A stretch of 64,000 nt of DNA from positions 96,001-160,000 of the forward strand of contig JASFQK010000004.1 of the NCBI GenBank assembly GCA_050115495.1, written 5' to 3'. Every line of letters begins with the position of its first letter. Within the stretch, counting starts at the first letter, position 1. This document shows positions 39,589-49,854 of this stretch, one piece after another. The position numbers and the translations under genes were made by a program. The notes beneath the pieces were generated by a model. The model worked only from the letters and a program-made list of their open reading frames with translations. It did no database searches and had not been told where the DNA came from. The DNA is from Phycisphaerae bacterium (GTDB taxonomy: Bacteria > Planctomycetota > Phycisphaerae > UBA1845 > Fen-1342).

Positions 39589-41283
39589 TCACGACTTCCT
39601 CGCCTGCTGACGGACTGCAATCAGTTCCTTCATCACGATGTGCAGCGTGTCCTTGTGTCCCGCGACGCCGAAGGCATCGTGCAGTTGCATGTACAGGTGA
39701 TAGAGCTGCGCGTAGACGCCGGCGCGGGCCTTGTCGGGGCGGAAGACCTTGTCCTTGACACCGGTCATCTTGCGCTGCGCGGCCGGGATCGTCTTGTACA
39801 CGCCGCCGACCACCGCTCCGCAGATCGCCGCCCCCAGCGCACACGACTGCGCCGAGCGGCTCAGCTTCATGGGCCGGTTGCACACGTCGGCGTAGATCTG
39901 CATGACGAGGTCGTTCTTCTCGGCGATGCCGCCGCAATTCACGACCTCCTTCACGCGGACGCCGTATTCCTCGAAGCGGTTGATGATGGTCAGGGCGCCG
40001 AAAGCGGTGGCTTCGATGAGGGTGCGGTAGACTTCGGCGGCGGTCGTGTGCAGGGACTGCCCGACGAGCAGGCCGCTGAGCAGGGGGTCGACGAGCACGG
40101 TGCGGTTACCGTTGTTCCAGTCGAGGGCCAGCAGGCCGCTTTCACCGGGACGAAGGCGAGCCGCCTGCTGTGTCAGGGCGGCGTGCGTTTCGGCGGGGCT
40201 GCGACCGCTGGGAGCGAGGTGCCCCACGAACCACTGGAAGATGTCGCCGACGGCGGACTGGCCGGCTTCGAGCCCATACATGCCAGGAATGACCGAGCCG
40301 GGGACGATGCCGCACAGGCCGGGGATGTCGTCCAGGTTCTCGTCCTCGGGCCAGACGGTGACGTCGCACGTGCTGGTGCCGATGATCTTGACCAGCGTTC
40401 CCGGTTTCACGCCGGCGCCGACGGCTCCGAGGTGAGCGTCGAGGGCGCCGACCGCGACGGGGACGCCGGCGGGCAGGCCGACCTTGCGGGCCAGGGCCGC
40501 GGTGAGCGTGCCGGCGGATTGATCGCTCGTCACGGTCTCTTTGGCGTAATGGTCGCGCAGCTCCCCGAGAGCCGGATCGATCGACGCCAGGAACCGCTTC
40601 GGCGGCAGACCGCCCCACGCCTCGTGGAACATCGCCTTGTGACCGGCGGCACAGCGGCAGCGGCACATCGTGTCCGGGTCGGCGTTGCCGGTCAGGTACG
40701 CCGGAATGAGGTCCGCCAGCTCGACCCAGCTATACGCGGCCTTGAACACCTTCGGCGCGGTGCGTTTGCAGTGCAGGGCCTTGGACCAGTACCACTCGCT
40801 CGAATACGTGCCGCCGCACTTGCTGAGCAGGCCCTGGCGGCTGCGCTGCGCCTTCTTCGTGATCTCGGCGGCCTCGGCGTAGCTGGTGTGGTCCTTCCAC
40901 AGCCAGGCCTGGGCGGAGAGGTCGTTCTTGAACGTATCGTGCAGGGCGAGGGCGACGCCGTCGCGGTCCACCGGGATCGGCGTGGAGCCGGTGGTGTCGA
41001 CGCCGATGCCGACGACACGCTGCGGGCTGAAGCCGCGCGTGCCGGCCGCGAGTTGCAGGGCTTTCCTCACCGAAGCGATGAAGCCGCGGATGTAGTCCGC
41101 GGGATTCTGGCGGGCGAGGTTGGGATCACGCGAATCCAGAAGGATGCCGTCCCGGCCGCTCGGATAGGCGTAGACGTGCGTCGCGATCTCGCGTCCGTCG
41201 CTCACGTCGACGATCAGGGCTCGGACGCTGTTCGTTCCGAAATCGACGCCGATGGCGTAGCTGGGAGTCTCCGACTTACTCAC
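39589..41283 (-). CDS. araB: L-ribulokinase (FGGY family)
   Basis: GTG after AAGGAGG; IGVDFGTNSVRAL, GVDTTGSTP, WKDHT, YSSEWYWSK, LDWNNGNRT, EATAFG. Confidence 0.92.
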   Translation of the reverse strand: MSKSETPSYAIGVDFGTNSVRALIVDVSDGREIATHVYAYPSGRDGILLDSRDPNLARQNPADYIRGFIASVRKALQLAAGTRGFSPQRVVGIGVDTTGSTPIPVDRDGVALALHDTFKNDLSAQAWLWKDHTSYAEAAEITKKAQRSRQGLLSKCGGTYSSEWYWSKALHCKRTAPKVFKAAYSWVELADLIPAYLTGNADPDTMCRCRCAAGHKAMFHEAWGGLPPKRFLASIDPALGELRDHYAKETVTSDQSAGTLTAALARKVGLPAGVPVAVGALDAHLGAVGAGVKPGTLVKIIGTSTCDVTVWPEDENLDDIPGLCGIVPGSVIPGMYGLEAGQSAVGDIFQWFVGHLAPSGRSPAETHAALTQQAARLRPGESGLLALDWNNGNRTVLVDPLLSGLLVGQSLHTTAAEVYRTLIEATAFGALTIINRFEEYGVRVKEVVNCGGIAEKNDLVMQIYADVCNRPMKLSRSAQSCALGAAICGAVVGGVYKTIPAAQRKMTGVKDKVFRPDKARAGVYAQLYHLYMQLHDAFGVAGHKDTLHIVMKELIAVRQQARKS

Positions 41284-41524
41284 GCTGTTCAACCTCCTTC
41301 GGATGGGCTGACCCGCAAACGTCACCGGCGCTCGCCGACGCGGCGACAACGTGTGCTTACGTTACCGTGTTTGGCGGCGTAGCGCAAGTCCGCCATATTC
41401 GGTGCCGGTTTGCACGGGCTATCGTGCTTCGCGCCCGCCGGCTGGCTGGCTACGATGCCACCTCGCGGGCGGACGCCGTACGCCGCCCGATTTCGACCGA
41501 CATCTTCCCACAAGAGGTACCAGC

Positions 41525-42556
41525 ATGAGTCAGACCGTAGCGCACGTGTCCTCTCGCCGTTGGCTGTTCGGCGTTTCGCTTTCCCTCCTGCTTGTCGGCG
41601 GCTGTCCGATCATGCCTTGCTGGTTCTGTGACAATCTGATCGAGGAGGCGGTCTGCCGCGTCCGGCGGTCGGAGCTCTGCACGATCGTCTTTCAGGTCAA
41701 CGGCGTCAACGCACTGAACGAGACGACCGGCGTGTATGAAACGCAGTCGTACTCGTTTTTCGCGACCAACCCCGACAACGCCACGGTGTGCTATGAGCTG
41801 CTCTACGATCTGACGAACTGGACCACGACGGTGTCGTCGATGCCGCTGATGGATGTGGCGTATGAAGACCTGCGTGACGTGACCATGACCGAATCCGAGG
41901 CCCGGGCGCTGTTGGTCGCCGCCGGCTTCGAGGAGGATTTCCTCGGCTGGTCGCTCTACCGGCCGGCGTATGCGGGCATGGAAAGCGCGCTGTACGTCTT
42001 CAATTACGGCGACGAAGTCGTGACCGTGGATACGGAGACGGAGGCTGTCGGCGGGCAGATCGTGTCCACCACGCCGCCGGTCAGCGCCGCTCCCGGCGAC
42101 GACAGCGTCAGCCTGGCCATGATTGCTGCCGCCGATACCCGCATCAAGCAGGAGGATCCGGCGGCGATCATCATCTGGGCCGGTGGACGCGTCGGCAGCG
42201 GCGAATCGCTGACCAGCCCCGGCGACACCAACGTCTGGGACTTCGTCGCCGGCGCCCTCGACGCAAATGGCGTCACCGTCTGGCGGCTCTCGTATGACGG
42301 CGAGTGGCAGGTCGCCGAGCTGCCCACGCCGCCGTACGGCATCGTGTTCCTGGATCTGGCGACCCACCTGACGCTCGACGTGGTCGAGGCCTGGGCACTG
42401 GTCGTCGACGCCGGCTACGACCCGCCGTTCTCGTCGTGGGAGGTGTTCCAGCCGCTGAACGCCACTGCGGAGAATCCGATCTACGTGTTCCCCAGCAGCG
42501 CCGGCTACGTGATCGTCGACGCCGCTACCGGCGAGGTCTGGCTCGAGACGCGATAA
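41525..42556 (+). CDS. lipoprotein with duplicated PepSY-like domains
   Basis: LLVGGC lipobox; two related halves ending LYVF..TVDTETEAV and IYVF..IVDAATGEV. Confidence 0.7.
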   Translation: MSQTVAHVSSRRWLFGVSLSLLLVGGCPIMPCWFCDNLIEEAVCRVRRSELCTIVFQVNGVNALNETTGVYETQSYSFFATNPDNATVCYELLYDLTNWTTTVSSMPLMDVAYEDLRDVTMTESEARALLVAAGFEEDFLGWSLYRPAYAGMESALYVFNYGDEVVTVDTETEAVGGQIVSTTPPVSAAPGDDSVSLAMIAAADTRIKQEDPAAIIIWAGGRVGSGESLTSPGDTNVWDFVAGALDANGVTVWRLSYDGEWQVAELPTPPYGIVFLDLATHLTLDVVEAWALVVDAGYDPPFSSWEVFQPLNATAENPIYVFPSSAGYVIVDAATGEVWLETR

Positions 42557-45500
42557 CACACGATCGTGACGCGGCGCGCCGCACGGCGCGCCGCGAAGTC
42601 TTCAGCCCCAGCACGCCCAATAGGCTGAGCGTCAGCAGCGGCAGGCTGACGAAGCCGCATGGCCCGACGAATTGCACGGTGGTCGTCTTGTCCTCGACGA
42701 CGACCCCTCCCGGCTCGTTGTCGGTGGCCTGCTCGGCGAGGATCTCGATGCGGGCGCTCGCACTGCGGGCGGTGCTGCCGTCGGTGGACGCTTCGGCCCA
42801 CAGATCAATCTGGCCGCCGTCGAGCACTTGCAGCACGACCGCCACGTCGAGCTCACCCTCCGCCGGCACGGTGCCCACCTGCACGTAGGCCAGTTCGCCC
42901 TGGAGCACGGCCGATAGCAGGCCGCCGCCGTCGGCCAGCTCGGCGCGGAGGAAGAGCACTTCCGCGGGGACGAGGAGCGTGAGCACGACGTGCTCGGCGG
43001 CGATGTTGCCGGAGTTGCTGAGCCGCCAGATGCAGACGATCTCGTCGCCGATGTCGGCTGCGGTGCTGCTGCCCTGGTGGTCGACGGTCAGGGCGGCGTA
43101 GCCCTGTTCCGTCGAGCTGCGGCGGTTGTTGTCGACGTCGTCGGACTCGGCCACGTTGTTGTCGGCGTCGAGCACGACAACGATGCGCACGTTTTGGCCG
43201 TCGAAGATCTGCCGGGCCAGCAACTGGTTCCCCAGGTCCACCGTGACGATGTGCGGCCCGGGCTGCACCAGCTCGTCACAGGCCGGCGTATCGGTAAACA
43301 CATCGTCGATCGTGCCGTCGCCGTCGGTGTCGAGCCCCAGGCGGATGACGAAGTCGGGCACGGCCGCCGGGCTGTTGACGGCGTAGACGATGCGCGCGGT
43401 GCCGGCTCCGCCCTGGATGTCCGTGACCAGCGATTCGATGGCCAGGTCGACGGTGAGCGTGGCGGTGGCGGTGTTGTCGTCCTCGTTCGCTTCGCGGATG
43501 TCGTCGTCTGCGTCGAGCAGAGCGACCAGCCGATCGCCGCAGCAGATCGCCTGGTTCAGATCGGGTCGCACGTCTCCCAGGTCGATGGCGTGTACGCCGG
43601 GACAACGCAGGGCCACGTCGTCGACGATCACGCCCGCGAAGGGCACATCCAGCGGCGTTCCATTCCCCGTATCGCGCTCGAGGCCGTAAAGGACCGTGAA
43701 CGTGCCGACCGTCTCGCCGGTGATCGAGTAGGTCAGCGTCGCCGTCGTGGTCGTTGCGACGGCGTTGATGACGATGGCGGCGCCCAGAAGGTCGGGGCCG
43801 CTGCTCACGCGGAACGGGCTCGAGTCGACCGAGGTCCGGCCCGCTGCCGAGGCCCGCAGGCGGTAGCTGTCACACACGGGAGCGACCGTTACGTTCTGCG
43901 TGTCGCCGAACGTTCCCAAGCCGGCGACCGTGTTCACGGTCGGGGTGCCCTTGAGCTCGCCGCCGCAGCCGTTCGCATCGAGCAGGCTGAGCGTGATCGC
44001 CTCGCTGACGTTCACCCGGTGGTCGAGGGCGTCGACGATCTCGACCGTAACGGCCAGCGGCGTGGCTACGTTGGTGTCCACCGGTTGCTGCACGAAGCGC
44101 AGATGGTCCGGCGGGCCCGGCGTGAACGTCACGCTGGCCGTCTGCGTGATGACGACGCCGTTGGTATCGTCCGTGGCCCGCAGCGTCACCGTCTTGGGCG
44201 TGATCGAACGCACGGCGAAGGTCACCACACCCGAAGCGTCCGACGGACCCGACGGGGCGCTGACCGTCACGTCCGCCGCTCCGCCGGCGATCACCGTCAG
44301 CGACACGTCGTGGTCGAACACCGCATGCCCGGCGGCGTTGCGCAGCATCACCGTGATCACCTCGACGTCGGCGCCGTCCGCCACGGCTGTGCCGTCCGCG
44401 TTGCCGACCGTCGAATTCCCGGCGTGCGTGACGTTGGCGGTGAAGTTGACGTTCGCCGTCTGCGTGATGACGACGCCGTCGGTGTCGTCCGTGGCCTGGA
44501 AGGTGACCAGCTTGGCCTGCGTCGCGCTCACCGTGAACGTCACCACGCCGGCGGCGCTGGACGGGCCGGACGGGGCGCTGATCGTCACGTTGGCCACGCC
44601 GCCGGCACTTACCGCCAGCGAGACGTTGTGCCCGGCGACGGCGTGCCCCAAGGCGTTGCGCAGCGTGACCGTAATCTGCTCGGTCTCGACCCCGTCCGCC
44701 ACGGCCGCGCCGTCCGTCGCCACGACGGCCGAGTTCCCCGCGTCACTGATATTTGGCGTGAAATCGACCAACGCCGTCTGCGTGATGGTGACGCCGTCGG
44801 TGTCGTCGGTGGCCTCGAAGGTGACGCTCTTGGATTCCGTCGAGGAGACGGTGAACGTCACTACGCCCGAGGCGTCGGACGGCCCCGACGCGGTGCCGAT
44901 CGTGACGTTTGCCGCCCCCCCTGTGGCGACCGCGAGCGCTACGTTGTGGCCGGCCAGCGGATTGCCGGCGGCGTTCAGCACCGTCACCGTGATGAGTTCG
45001 GTATCCACGCCGTCCGCGATGGCCGCTCCGTCAGCCGCCGTCACGGTCGCCACGTTCGCGTCGGTGACGTTCGCCGTAAAGGCCACGTCGGCGGTCTGCG
45101 TGATGACCACGCCGTCGGTTTCATCCGTAGCCTGGAGCGTGATCGTCCTCACCGCGGTCGACGAGACGGTGAATGTCACCACACCGGATCCGTCCGACGC
45201 GCCCGAGGGGGCGCTCACGGTAACGCCGCCGGTACCGCCGGCGATCACGGCCAGGGACACCGTATGCCCCAGGAGCGGATCGTTCGATGCGTTACGCACC
45301 GTTACGGTGATGAGTTCCGTGTCGAGCCCGTCGGCCACGGCACCGCCGTCAGCGGCCACAACCGTCGACGTGTTCGCGTCGACCAGGTTCGGCGTGAAGT
45401 CGACGACCACCGTCTGCGTGATGACGACGGCGTCGGTGTCATCCGTGGCCTGGAAGGTGACGGTCTTGGTTTCGGTCGAGCTGACGGCGAACGTGACCAC

Positions 45501-47723
45501 GCCGGACGCGTCCGACGGGCCCGACGGTGCACCGATCGTGATGTTCGTGGCCCCGCCGGCGATGATCGCCAGCGAGACGTTGTGGCCGGGGACCGGATTG
45601 CCCAGGCCGTTTAGCAGCGTGACCGTGATCGTCTCGGTGTCAACACCGTTGGCGACCGCGCTACCGTCGTTGGTGGTCACGGTGGAGTTGCCCGCATCGG
45701 TGACGTTCTGCGTGAAGTCGACGTCGACCGTCTGCGTGACGGTGACGCCGTCGGTTACGTCCGTGGCCCGCAGCGTCACCGTCTTGGCCTCGGTCGCGCT
45801 GACGGTGAAGGTCGCCACACCCGAGGCGTCCGTCGGACCGGACGGCCCATTGATCGTGACGTTCGCCGAGCCGCCGGCGACGACCGCCAGCAACACGGTG
45901 TGCCCGAAGACGGCGTTGCCGCTGGCGTTTCGCAGGGTCACCGTGATGAGTTCGGCGTCCACGCCGTCGGCTACTGCGGTACCGTCGACGTTGGCCAGCG
46001 TCGAATTGCCGGCGTGGCTGATGTTTGGCGTGAAGTCGACATCCGCCGTCTGTGTGACGACCACGCTGTTCGTGACGTCGGTGGCCTGGAACGTGACCGT
46101 CTTCGACTCGGTGGCGCTGACCGTGAACGTCACGACGCCGCTGGCATCCGACGGGCCGGACGGGGCGCTGATGGTGACGTTGGCTGCGCCGCCGGCGCTC
46201 ACGGCCAGTGACACCGTGTGTCCGAAGACGGCGTGTCCGAGCGCGTTGCGCAGCGTGACCGTGATCGTCTCGGTCTCGACACCGTCGGCGACGGCACTGC
46301 CATCCGCCGCTGCGACCGTCGAGTTCCCGGCGTCCGTGATGTTGGGCGTGAACGTGACGCCCGCGGTCTGCGTGATGACCACGCCGTCCGTGTCGTCGGT
46401 GGCCTGGAACGTGACGGCCTTCGCTTCCGTCGAGCTGACGGTGAACGTCACGACGCCACTGGCGTCCGACGGGCCGGACGGGGCGCTGATGGTGACGTTC
46501 GCGGCTCCGCCGGTGGCCACCGCGAGCGACACGTTGTGCCCGACGAGCGGGTGGTTGGCGGCGTTCAGCAGCGTCACGGTGATCAGCTCGGTGTCGACCC
46601 CATCGGCGACCGCACCGCCGTCGGCGGCGACGACGGTGGCCGCGCCGGCGTCGGTGACGTTGGGCGCGAAGATCACATCCGCCGTCTGCGTGATGACGAT
46701 GCCGTCGGTCTCGTCGGTGGCCTGAAGCGTGACCGTCTTGGCCTCGGTGGCGCTGACGGTGAAGGTGACGATGCCGTCGCTGCCCGATACGCCGGAGGGA
46801 GCGCTGATGTTCACGTTGGCCGCGCCGCCGGCGATGACCGCCAGTGACACCGTCCGCCCGCTGAGCGTCGCGCCCGCGACGTTGCGCACGGTTACCGTGA
46901 TGAGCTCGGTGTCGAGCCCGTCGGCCACGGCCGTACCGTCGGCGGCGACGACGCTGGACGTCCCCGCGTCGGTCAGGTTCGGCGTAAAAGTGATGTCCAC
47001 CGTTTGTGTGACGGCGACGCTGTTCGTGTCGTCCGTCGCCTGGAGCGTGACCACCTTCGATTCGGTCGCCGTCACCGTGAACGTCACGACGCCGTTCATG
47101 GTCGACGGGCCGGACGGGGCGCTGATGTTGACGTTCGCCGCGTCGCCGGCAATCACCGCCAGCGACACGTCGTGCCCGAAGACGGGATGACCCAGGCTGT
47201 TCAGCAGCGTGATGGTGACCAGCTCCGTCTCCACGCCGTTGGCGACCGCGGTCCCGTCCACCGTCGCCACGGTGGAGTTGCCGGCGTCGGTGATGTTCGG
47301 CGTGAAGCTCACGTCGGCGGTTTGCGTGATAACGATGGAGTCGGTCAGGTCGATCGCCTGGAAGGAGACGACCTTGGAGATGGAGGAGCTCACGGCGAAG
47401 GTGACCACGCCGGACGCGTTCGACGAGCCGGAGGGGGCACCGATCGTCACGCCATTAGAACCGCCGGCGGCGATGGCCATCAGCACGTTGTGGCCGACGA
47501 CCGGCGTCGTTCCGTCGGCGGCGAGCAGCGTCACGGTGAGCAGCTCAGTGTCCACATTGTCAGCCACAGCCGCTCCGTCAGCCGCCACGAGGGTGGACTG
47601 GTCGGAGTCGGTCTGGGCGCAGGCGCAGGTGAGTGGACCGACGGCGATGAGCAAGGGCCCGATAACCCCGCCAATGCGCCGCGCCGCAGACTGCGCGACA
47701 AACCCCGGAAGTGACCGAATCAT
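42525..47723 (-). CDS. invasin/intimin-like surface protein: 11 Big_1-like repeats, CARDB/DUF11-like domains, C-terminal TM anchor
   Basis: About 106-aa repeats (TDAGNSTV..AVADG..ITVTL..SDASGVVTFTVS..VTF); C-terminus PCGFVSLPLLTLSLLGVLGLKTSRR. Confidence 0.88.
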   Translation of the reverse strand: MIRSLPGFVAQSAARRIGGVIGPLLIAVGPLTCACAQTDSDQSTLVAADGAAVADNVDTELLTVTLLAADGTTPVVGHNVLMAIAAGGSNGVTIGAPSGSSNASGVVTFAVSSSISKVVSFQAIDLTDSIVITQTADVSFTPNITDAGNSTVATVDGTAVANGVETELVTITLLNSLGHPVFGHDVSLAVIAGDAANVNISAPSGPSTMNGVVTFTVTATESKVVTLQATDDTNSVAVTQTVDITFTPNLTDAGTSSVVAADGTAVADGLDTELITVTVRNVAGATLSGRTVSLAVIAGGAANVNISAPSGVSGSDGIVTFTVSATEAKTVTLQATDETDGIVITQTADVIFAPNVTDAGAATVVAADGGAVADGVDTELITVTLLNAANHPLVGHNVSLAVATGGAANVTISAPSGPSDASGVVTFTVSSTEAKAVTFQATDDTDGVVITQTAGVTFTPNITDAGNSTVAAADGSAVADGVETETITVTLRNALGHAVFGHTVSLAVSAGGAANVTISAPSGPSDASGVVTFTVSATESKTVTFQATDVTNSVVVTQTADVDFTPNISHAGNSTLANVDGTAVADGVDAELITVTLRNASGNAVFGHTVLLAVVAGGSANVTINGPSGPTDASGVATFTVSATEAKTVTLRATDVTDGVTVTQTVDVDFTQNVTDAGNSTVTTNDGSAVANGVDTETITVTLLNGLGNPVPGHNVSLAIIAGGATNITIGAPSGPSDASGVVTFAVSSTETKTVTFQATDDTDAVVITQTVVVDFTPNLVDANTSTVVAADGGAVADGLDTELITVTVRNASNDPLLGHTVSLAVIAGGTGGVTVSAPSGASDGSGVVTFTVSSTAVRTITLQATDETDGVVITQTADVAFTANVTDANVATVTAADGAAIADGVDTELITVTVLNAAGNPLAGHNVALAVATGGAANVTIGTASGPSDASGVVTFTVSSTESKSVTFEATDDTDGVTITQTALVDFTPNISDAGNSAVVATDGAAVADGVETEQITVTLRNALGHAVAGHNVSLAVSAGGVANVTISAPSGPSSAAGVVTFTVSATQAKLVTFQATDDTDGVVITQTANVNFTANVTHAGNSTVGNADGTAVADGADVEVITVMLRNAAGHAVFDHDVSLTVIAGGAADVTVSAPSGPSDASGVVTFAVRSITPKTVTLRATDDTNGVVITQTASVTFTPGPPDHLRFVQQPVDTNVATPLAVTVEIVDALDHRVNVSEAITLSLLDANGCGGELKGTPTVNTVAGLGTFGDTQNVTVAPVCDSYRLRASAAGRTSVDSSPFRVSSGPDLLGAAIVINAVATTTTATLTYSITGETVGTFTVLYGLERDTGNGTPLDVPFAGVIVDDVALRCPGVHAIDLGDVRPDLNQAICCGDRLVALLDADDDIREANEDDNTATATLTVDLAIESLVTDIQGGAGTARIVYAVNSPAAVPDFVIRLGLDTDGDGTIDDVFTDTPACDELVQPGPHIVTVDLGNQLLARQIFDGQNVRIVVVLDADNNVAESDDVDNNRRSSTEQGYAALTVDHQGSSTAADIGDEIVCIWRLSNSGNIAAEHVVLTLLVPAEVLFLRAELADGGGLLSAVLQGELAYVQVGTVPAEGELDVAVVLQVLDGGQIDLWAEASTDGSTARSASARIEILAEQATDNEPGGVVVEDKTTTVQFVGPCGFVSLPLLTLSLLGVLGLKTSRRAVRRAASRSCVIASRARPRR

Positions 47724-47911
47724 CGGGAGTGATTATCGGGTAAGCGGACCCCAGTATTCATAAAACGTGCAGGGTCTTCAATGGGGCGGATTGTTAGTTT
47801 TTATGGCGTAATGGTTTACGTGCGCTTCTCCGCACAAAAAAACGTCGACATCTCATGCCCGGGTTTTGCTCTGTCGCCGGGCGATTCGGGAGCGGTTCAC
47901 TCCCAGCGCAA

Positions 47912-47944
47912 GAAGCCGGCCGGGCGTTCGACCCGGCCGGCTTC
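47912..47944 (-). terminator. hairpin terminator after ALDH
   Basis: GAAGCCGGCCGGG-cgttcga-CCCGGCCGGCTTC. Confidence 0.65.
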
Positions 47945-48001
47945 ACGTGGATCCCAAGTCGCCGCGGGGCTATCCCGCGCCGCGTCTAGCTCACGTCGGC
48001 G

Positions 48002-49570
48002 TTAGTCGCCGAACTTGATGCCCTGGGCCAGCGGCAGTTCCGTGGACCAGTTCATGGTGTTCGTCTGACGGCGCATGTAGGCCTTCCAGGCGTCCGAGCC
48101 GGACTCGCGGCCGCCGCCGGTTTCCTTCTCACCGCCGAACGCACCGCCGATCTCGGCCCCGCTCGTACCGATGTTGACGTTGGCGATGCCGCAGTCGCTG
48201 CCGGTGTGGGCGAGGAAGCGCTCGGATTCGAGCACGTTCGTCGTGAAGACCGCCGAGCTCAGGCCCTGCGGCACGTCGTTGTGGATGCGGATCGCTTCGT
48301 CGATCTCGCTGATGAGCGTCTTGGTGTCGCCGGCCGCGGGCGCCGTCTTGCCGCCGTAGCCGATGATGTACAGGATCGGGGCGAACGTCTCTTCCTGGAC
48401 GATCTTGAACTCGTTCTTCGCCGCGGCGATGCACGGTTTGACGTAGTGGCCGCCGGGGTATTGCGCGCCGTCGAGCTTCTCGCCGCCGTACAGGATCTCG
48501 CCGCCCTCTTCCTTGACGCGGGCGATCGCCTTCTGCATGTCGCTCACGGCGTCGTGCGTGACGAGCGGCCCCATCAGCGTGCCTTCCTTCAGCGGGTCGC
48601 CGATGGGCACCGACTGATAGGCCTTCACCAGCCGCTTGATCAGCTCGTCGCGAACCGCGTTGTGCACGATGATCCGCCGCGTGCTCGTGCAGCGCTGGCC
48701 GGCGGTGCCGACCGCACCGAACAGGATGGCCCGCACGGCCATGTCCATGTCGGCGTTCGGCGTGACGATGATCGCGTTGTTACCGCCGAGCTCGAGGATC
48801 GTGCGGCCGAGACGCTTGCCGACGACCTCACCGACGCGGTAGCCCATCTGGCAGCTACCGGTGGCCGACACGAGCGGAATGCGCTTGTCGTTCAGCAGCT
48901 TCTCGCCGACGGTCGAGCCCTTGCCGACGACCAGCGAGAAGATCGCCGGATCCACGCCGTTGTCCGCGCAGACCTGCTGAGCGATCTTGATGCAGGCGAT
49001 GCCGGTGAGCGGCGCTTTGCTGGCGGGCTTCCACAGCACGCTGTCGCCGCAGACGGCGGCGATGGCGGCGTTCCAGCTCCAGACGGCGACGGGGAAGTTG
49101 AACGCGCTGATGACGCCGACGACGCCGAGCGGATGCCACTGCTCGTACATGCGGTGGTTCGGACGCTCGGAGTGCATGGTCAGGCCGTAGAGCTGGCGGG
49201 ACAGGCCGACGGCGAAGTCACAGATGTCGATCATCTCCTGAACTTCACCCTCACCCTCGGGGCGGATCTTGCCCATCTCGAGGGTAACGAGCTCACCGAG
49301 CGCCTGCTTGTACTCGCGCAGGCGGACACCCAACTGACGCATGAGTTCGCCGCGCTTGGGGGCGGGCACGACGCGCCACTTCAGGAAGGCTTCGTGGGCG
49401 CGAGCGACGATACGGTCGTACTCGGCCTCGGTCACCTGCTTGACCGACCCGATCTTCTTCCCGTCGATGGGCGAGATTACGTCGATGACCGGACCGGAGC
49501 CCAGCCACTCGCCGGCGAATCCGCCCGGATGGTTTTCGGTGATGTTCAACTGCTTGAGGATGTCCGACAT
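48002..49570 (-). CDS. ALDH7-type aldehyde dehydrogenase (alpha-aminoadipate semialdehyde/P6C dehydrogenase-like)
   Basis: GEVQEMIDICDFAVGLSRQL, SAFNFP, LELGGNN, GTAGQRCT, EETFAP, TSGAEIGGAFGGEKETGGGRESGSDAWK. Confidence 0.93.
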   Translation of the reverse strand: MSDILKQLNITENHPGGFAGEWLGSGPVIDVISPIDGKKIGSVKQVTEAEYDRIVARAHEAFLKWRVVPAPKRGELMRQLGVRLREYKQALGELVTLEMGKIRPEGEGEVQEMIDICDFAVGLSRQLYGLTMHSERPNHRMYEQWHPLGVVGVISAFNFPVAVWSWNAAIAAVCGDSVLWKPASKAPLTGIACIKIAQQVCADNGVDPAIFSLVVGKGSTVGEKLLNDKRIPLVSATGSCQMGYRVGEVVGKRLGRTILELGGNNAIIVTPNADMDMAVRAILFGAVGTAGQRCTSTRRIIVHNAVRDELIKRLVKAYQSVPIGDPLKEGTLMGPLVTHDAVSDMQKAIARVKEEGGEILYGGEKLDGAQYPGGHYVKPCIAAAKNEFKIVQEETFAPILYIIGYGGKTAPAAGDTKTLISEIDEAIRIHNDVPQGLSSAVFTTNVLESERFLAHTGSDCGIANVNIGTSGAEIGGAFGGEKETGGGRESGSDAWKAYMRRQTNTMNWSTELPLAQGIKFGD

Positions 49571-49854
49571 TCCAGCACCTGCTTTCCGCAAACGCGAGGC
49601 TACAACCGTCCCGCTCCCGCCGGCCGTCCGCCGGGAGCAGCACGGGCGTCATCCGAATCCAGCAGGTTAACACGGGGCGACCGGCGGGCAAAGAGGGCGC
49701 CGGCGGCAGGAGGGGGCGAATTGTGGGGGTTCGGTTAATCCGTCGTGAGACGTTCACGCAAACGCCGTTTCCGGTTATTTTGCAGGTTTGCCGCCGGACG
49801 GGCGATGCCCCGGGCGGGCTGCCGGCCGGCGGGAAGAGCAGCGGGAGAGTTCGC

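Noticed and set aside
39589..41283. Orphan araB, cheX and SBP as a novel pathway
   Set aside because: Scattered pathway genes are usual in planctomycetes; nothing in the sequence links them.
42990..46725. Very long plus-strand ORFs (874 and 941 aa)
   Set aside because: Antisense to the Thr/Val/Ala/Asp-rich adhesin; codon bias removes stops. The same applies to 10074-12344, 21781-24444, 39343-41382 and 52366-55002.
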